Source: Patescibacteria group bacterium
Lineage (GTDB): Bacteria > Patescibacteriota > Microgenomatia > UBA10105 > UBA927
Assembly (NCBI GenBank): GCA_035510735.1
Contig: DATKGN010000006.1
Location: 1,429 to 65,428, forward strand
Length of the DNA stretch: 64,000 nucleotides
Direction: 5' to 3'
The notes beneath the pieces were generated by a model. That model was not told the origin of the DNA. It searched no databases and worked only from the letters and a program-made list of their open reading frames with translations. The translations under genes and the position numbers were made by a program. Shown piece by piece: positions 60,310 to 64,000 of the stretch (position 1 is its first letter; each line of letters begins with the position of its first letter).

Positions 60310-62106
60310 CTACGTTTTTCCACCCGTATATATAGCGTTAATATCCATTTTTCGTAAGAGCAGCTCTAATCCTTCTCTCGATAATCCGTTTGTTTTTGCT
60401 AGTGGCCGCATTTGTTTTCTCACAGATAAACCTTGATCTATACGACTAATAAGATTATTGCAGAACAACAATTCACGCGCGGACAATGAGCTACGTTTTT
60501 CTAATAACTTTTTGGCTCCCTCATATACCGATACTACGAAATCCGGTTTCTGTTCCAAATAGTGTCTGAGATTATCGATATTTGATCTATGATTAGAACG
60601 TAATAAACCCTGACTTTGAAGAGTATCAAGGTTTGCATATCGCCCAGTTGAATCAGCTGTGGTAAGCAATTGAAAAAGCTTCCATGAATCCTGCGTTAAA
60701 TTGGCGAGATCAAATTTTGTGACAGTAGATTTACGATGCAACAAATAATGGTGAGCTGAATTATTCCTTATCCTGTTTCCGTTTGTGTCACAAAATATTT
60801 GTATTCTGTTGGATAGTAACCCGCGAATTTTCCTTAGGATATATGTTGTTTGCGTGCTATCAGGGAGCTGTTTTTTAATCTGAGAAATATATTCATATGC
60901 ATATCTATTATGTTCATCTTTTTCAAACATCATTCTTACGAAGGATCTTTCAAGATCCGTTAAGCTCCCAAATAGTTTTTTTGTTTCTTCGGGTGTCAAT
61001 TGTTCTAATTCCAAACGCAAAGGTTGATGCCTTGCGTAATAATTAAATCTACTGATTTCAAAATCCGCTTCAATTGCCGAAACATACCCTTTTATATTCA
61101 CCGGGTCATCTGGAATAACCTTAGTGCTCCCTAGTCTCTCTGCATATGCTTGTACACCCTTATTAAAGTCTCCATGCAGTTGCCAACGATTTAAATGTAA
61201 GCGTGCAAAAAACTCTGGTTTTTTTGTTTCCGAATACACATAACCCATACAATATAATATTGCAAACGACTGATGAGGCTGTAATTCTGATAACAAGTTA
61301 AAAATCTGCCGTATAGTTAACTGCTTGGACACCTCAGCAAACCGCTGTCGAAGAGAATTAGCAGAGGGTATACCTACCGAACCTGAGTCTTCAGACGTTG
61401 GCAGTGACTGAAAATCATTTTGCCCTTTTTGTACCAGCGCTTTAATTTCTGGGCCTATGACGTCATCATCCGGAGGCGCGCCATCTTCAATCCAAGCAAC
61501 AAGTGCTTTTTTTTGTGAAGCTGATAATGAGTCAACAACCTGTGATATTTCATTCAGAGATTCCCGTTGTTCCACGATCTGTTCCGGTGTCATTGATTCA
61601 TCAGGAAATATAAAGTCGTCATCTCCACCGTCATCAAAATCATCGTGGTGGACCATTCTGATCCTGTCGGTTGCCTGAATCTCTCTAAAATTATTTACTC
61701 TACTCATGATAGGCATTATGCGGAATATATACCTATCCATTTGGTGAATAAAATCTTCTTCGTCTCGAACAGTATCAACCTTCTTATACTTTCTTAACCA
61801 ATCCTCAACCCGCGGTTGATACTGCTCCGTAATCTCATCATCGAGAATGTGGTGTTTTTTAAACTTACTGAAACTGTTATAAATATATTGTTCAAATCGG
61901 AACAGACCCTCCCGCACATCCGTTTCAGTGTACACATGGTCCGCGTATGATTGCAGATCATAGAGTATATCGCCCATTCTCACATTATGAACATCGACGA
62001 AGGGAACAGAGTAGAGATGAGACACTCTTCTCGCGGAACCTACTATAGACTGCATGTCGGCAAATTGAAGCTCTTTAACGGATTCTTTTTTAATTACTTC
62101 GTTCAT
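60310..62106 (-). CDS. Orphan 598-aa protein with sigma70-region-4/HTH-like segments
   Basis: TPEQIVEQRE..I.QVVDSLS..QK.AL plus repeated L(T/S/Q)xx(E/Q) helical units; more AT-rich than dnaE. Confidence 0.6.
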   Translation of the reverse strand: MNEVIKKESVKELQFADMQSIVGSARRVSHLYSVPFVDVHNVRMGDILYDLQSYADHVYTETDVREGLFRFEQYIYNSFSKFKKHHILDDEITEQYQPRVEDWLRKYKKVDTVRDEEDFIHQMDRYIFRIMPIMSRVNNFREIQATDRIRMVHHDDFDDGGDDDFIFPDESMTPEQIVEQRESLNEISQVVDSLSASQKKALVAWIEDGAPPDDDVIGPEIKALVQKGQNDFQSLPTSEDSGSVGIPSANSLRQRFAEVSKQLTIRQIFNLLSELQPHQSFAILYCMGYVYSETKKPEFFARLHLNRWQLHGDFNKGVQAYAERLGSTKVIPDDPVNIKGYVSAIEADFEISRFNYYARHQPLRLELEQLTPEETKKLFGSLTDLERSFVRMMFEKDEHNRYAYEYISQIKKQLPDSTQTTYILRKIRGLLSNRIQIFCDTNGNRIRNNSAHHYLLHRKSTVTKFDLANLTQDSWKLFQLLTTADSTGRYANLDTLQSQGLLRSNHRSNIDNLRHYLEQKPDFVVSVYEGAKKLLEKRSSLSARELLFCNNLISRIDQGLSVRKQMRPLAKTNGLSREGLELLLRKMDINAIYTGGKT

Positions 62107-62155
62107 GATGTATGAGGCAGATTTTGGCGGTTAAAATCATCGTAATAGTTTCACG

Positions 62156-62186
62156 ATAGCTAAAACCTATGGGAGATGCAAGAGGA
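62156..62186 (-). repeat. 31-bp direct repeat, copy 2 (promoter of the orphan gene)
   Basis: Identical to 60241-60271; minus strand reads TTGCAT-17-TATCGT. Confidence 0.9.
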
Positions 62187-62227
62187 TGTTAAGGAGATTG
62201 GCTATGCTATACTGCGTTGTAAATAGT

Positions 62228-63067
62228 ATGAATGCATACTTTGAACTAATTCTTGCATCGATCATATTTGCTTCCGGGGGCGTGTTCGTAAAAATCCTGC
62301 ACCTCCCGTCAACGACGCTGACCTTTTTCCGTGTCGGTGTCCCGACAATCGTACTTTTTATCTACCTGACAGCAAAGAAGATTCCGCTTTTTCGGGGAAA
62401 TAATAAACTTGTTCTCATCGCTTCCGCTCTTAACGCCGTCCGACTTCTCATGTACTTCATCGCATATACGATGGCGACGATTGGAAACGCGTCACTGATG
62501 ACCGCGACAACACCGATCTTCATATTTATCTACAGCTATTTCTTCCTGAAAGAAAAAATCAGCAGGAAACGCTTTTTCCTCCTTGCGCTCGCGATATCAG
62601 GCGCTGTCGTCCTCTACAGCAACCAACCGATCTCATTCGGGAACAAAGATTTTATCGGCATGACGTTTGCACTCCTCTCAACGGCTCTCTATGCATTTAC
62701 AGTAATTATCTTTAAAAAGGAACTCTCACGATATACAAAAGCAGAAACCATTTTTTACCAGAACGTCGTCGGAGCGTTTGTGTTTTTACCATTCCTTTTC
62801 ATCAACCATCCGGCTCCGGTGCTTTGGCAAATATCTTTGGCTTCAGTATCCGGATTACTCATAGGCATCGTGGGTTTTATCTTCTACTTCGCGGCCCTCA
62901 AGAAAGTTGCGGCATCCGCCGTATCGCTGGCATCAATCGATAGTGTCATCGCCGTCCTCTTCGGTATTCTCTTCTTCAAAGAGCATCTGACGCCCAACAT
63001 GGTCATCGGCGGCGCCTGCATCCTCACGGCGTCGCTCTTTATCCAAAAAGAAATGAGAAAAACTTGA
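62228..63067 (+). CDS. DMT/EamA-family transporter
   Basis: About 10 TM helices; TPIF..FLKEKI, FFKEHLT. Confidence 0.88.
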   Translation: MNAYFELILASIIFASGGVFVKILHLPSTTLTFFRVGVPTIVLFIYLTAKKIPLFRGNNKLVLIASALNAVRLLMYFIAYTMATIGNASLMTATTPIFIFIYSYFFLKEKISRKRFFLLALAISGAVVLYSNQPISFGNKDFIGMTFALLSTALYAFTVIIFKKELSRYTKAETIFYQNVVGAFVFLPFLFINHPAPVLWQISLASVSGLLIGIVGFIFYFAALKKVAASAVSLASIDSVIAVLFGILFFKEHLTPNMVIGGACILTASLFIQKEMRKT

Positions 63068-63124
63068 TCCGACAAGATTGAAAGAAAGAACGTTCAATAT
63101 ACTTTTGATATACTGTACGCATAC

Positions 63125-63499
63125 ATGGACACAGAATTAAAACAATTACTCGCGACCGACAAATCATTTTCCGACCTGTCAAAAGAAAAAGGCGCGGCTG
63201 AAGCATTCTCTCGGTATCTTGTGAAGGACGCCACCATGCTCCCGAATAATGGAACCCCAATTGTAGGAATCGCCGCGATATATAAATCCATGAGCCTGGG
63301 AAAGAATGAAGTATTAACCTGGGAACCAAAGGGTGGGGATGTTTCAAAAATAGCGGACATGGGCTACACCTGGGGTATATTTAATCTTTCATTAGCTAAT
63401 GGGAAAATAGAAACAGGTAAATACTTAAATGTTTGGCGAAAACAAGATGATGGATCTTGGAAGGTAGAGGTAGATATGGGGAATAATAATCCCGCTTAA
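63125..63499 (+). CDS. NTF2/SnoaL-like (DUF4440/YybH) protein
   Basis: LTWEP..VS..DMGYTWG..GKYLNVWRKQ.DGSWK..D. Confidence 0.85.
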   Translation: MDTELKQLLATDKSFSDLSKEKGAAEAFSRYLVKDATMLPNNGTPIVGIAAIYKSMSLGKNEVLTWEPKGGDVSKIADMGYTWGIFNLSLANGKIETGKYLNVWRKQDDGSWKVEVDMGNNNPA

Positions 63500-63502
63500 G
63501 AA

Positions 63503-64000
63503 TCAGTCAATAAGTTGCTTCGTTAAGTAATCCATCACTTTCTTCTTATCCCCTTTTCCTTTAAGAGTCTTTAGCACGTTGCCGAAGAGGAACATTTCAT
63601 CTGCTCTTAGCCCGTTTTGAATCGACACTTCTGCTTCCACTCCTATAATTACCCTATGAAAGGAATGAGAGAAGGAAATTAATTCAGTAACCCCGCAATC
63701 TCAAATTCATTAGATCCTAATGTTTTTTTCATGAGTTTATCCCTGGCAATAGGTGATAAAGTAATTATTTGACTATAGCTCGTAGCGCTTGATCTTTCTC
63801 TATCACCTATTACCGTTTGCGTACCTTTTGTAGTTACGTATTTTTCTGGGACGTTCATTCCTCCGTGACAAATTATTAAATTTCCAGAATCAGAGTCTAT
63901 ATGTAAATTTAAAACTCCACCACCTTTTTTTGGACAACCAGGCACCTCAATGTTTCCTATTAAGCCTTTTTCATTAATTATTTGCACGGTATTGTCTACG
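63503..64000 (-). pseudogene. Hypothetical gene, 5' end outside the window, probable frameshift at a G4 run
   Basis: Frame of ORF 63679-63987 is open to the window edge; one added G at 63691-63694 extends it ~60 codons (AGVTELISF..KQLID*). Confidence 0.4.

Overview
Chromosomal window from a small-genome bacterium that looks like CPR/Patescibacteria, probably Microgenomates. This is an inference from the extended L19 loop, short ATP synthase delta, many apparently leaderless genes and abundant palindromic intergenic repeats; genetic code 11. (1) 1-~13.9 kb is the AT-rich right part of a putative integrative element. It carries a DUF2958-like gene behind a hairpin region, a defence island (Type III R-M, Sir2-HerA, Cas4/RecB-like nuclease, membrane protein, AbiV-like HEPN, second PD-(D/E)XK protein, XRE regulator) and a convergent PLD / small ORF / large serine recombinase module. 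It ends at a GCTCACAA core that recurs in a repeat-disrupted tRNA 3' remnant at ~15.5 kb. (2) 14-33 kb is a patchwork of accessory genes: GT-C glycosyltransferase, DUF1801/DoxX, FIST-PAS, nth, hydrolases, DMTs, DegV, FemABX, GH125, glucan phosphorylase, Pro/Thr-rich secreted proteins and several frameshifted orphans. (3) 33-49 kb holds yraN, rplS, pyrG and a de novo plus salvage pyrimidine operon. The operon is headed by an unusual ArgG-MGS fusion and a CodA-like amidohydrolase, with two attenuator-like terminators (one with a 17-aa leader peptide). (4) 49-64 kb holds a CBS protein, the F1Fo atp operon, dnaE and an orphan multi-HTH-like gene bracketed by an exact 31-bp duplication of the dnaE promoter. 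No CRISPR array, rRNA or intact tRNA was seen. All calls come from motif recognition by eye; no searches were run.
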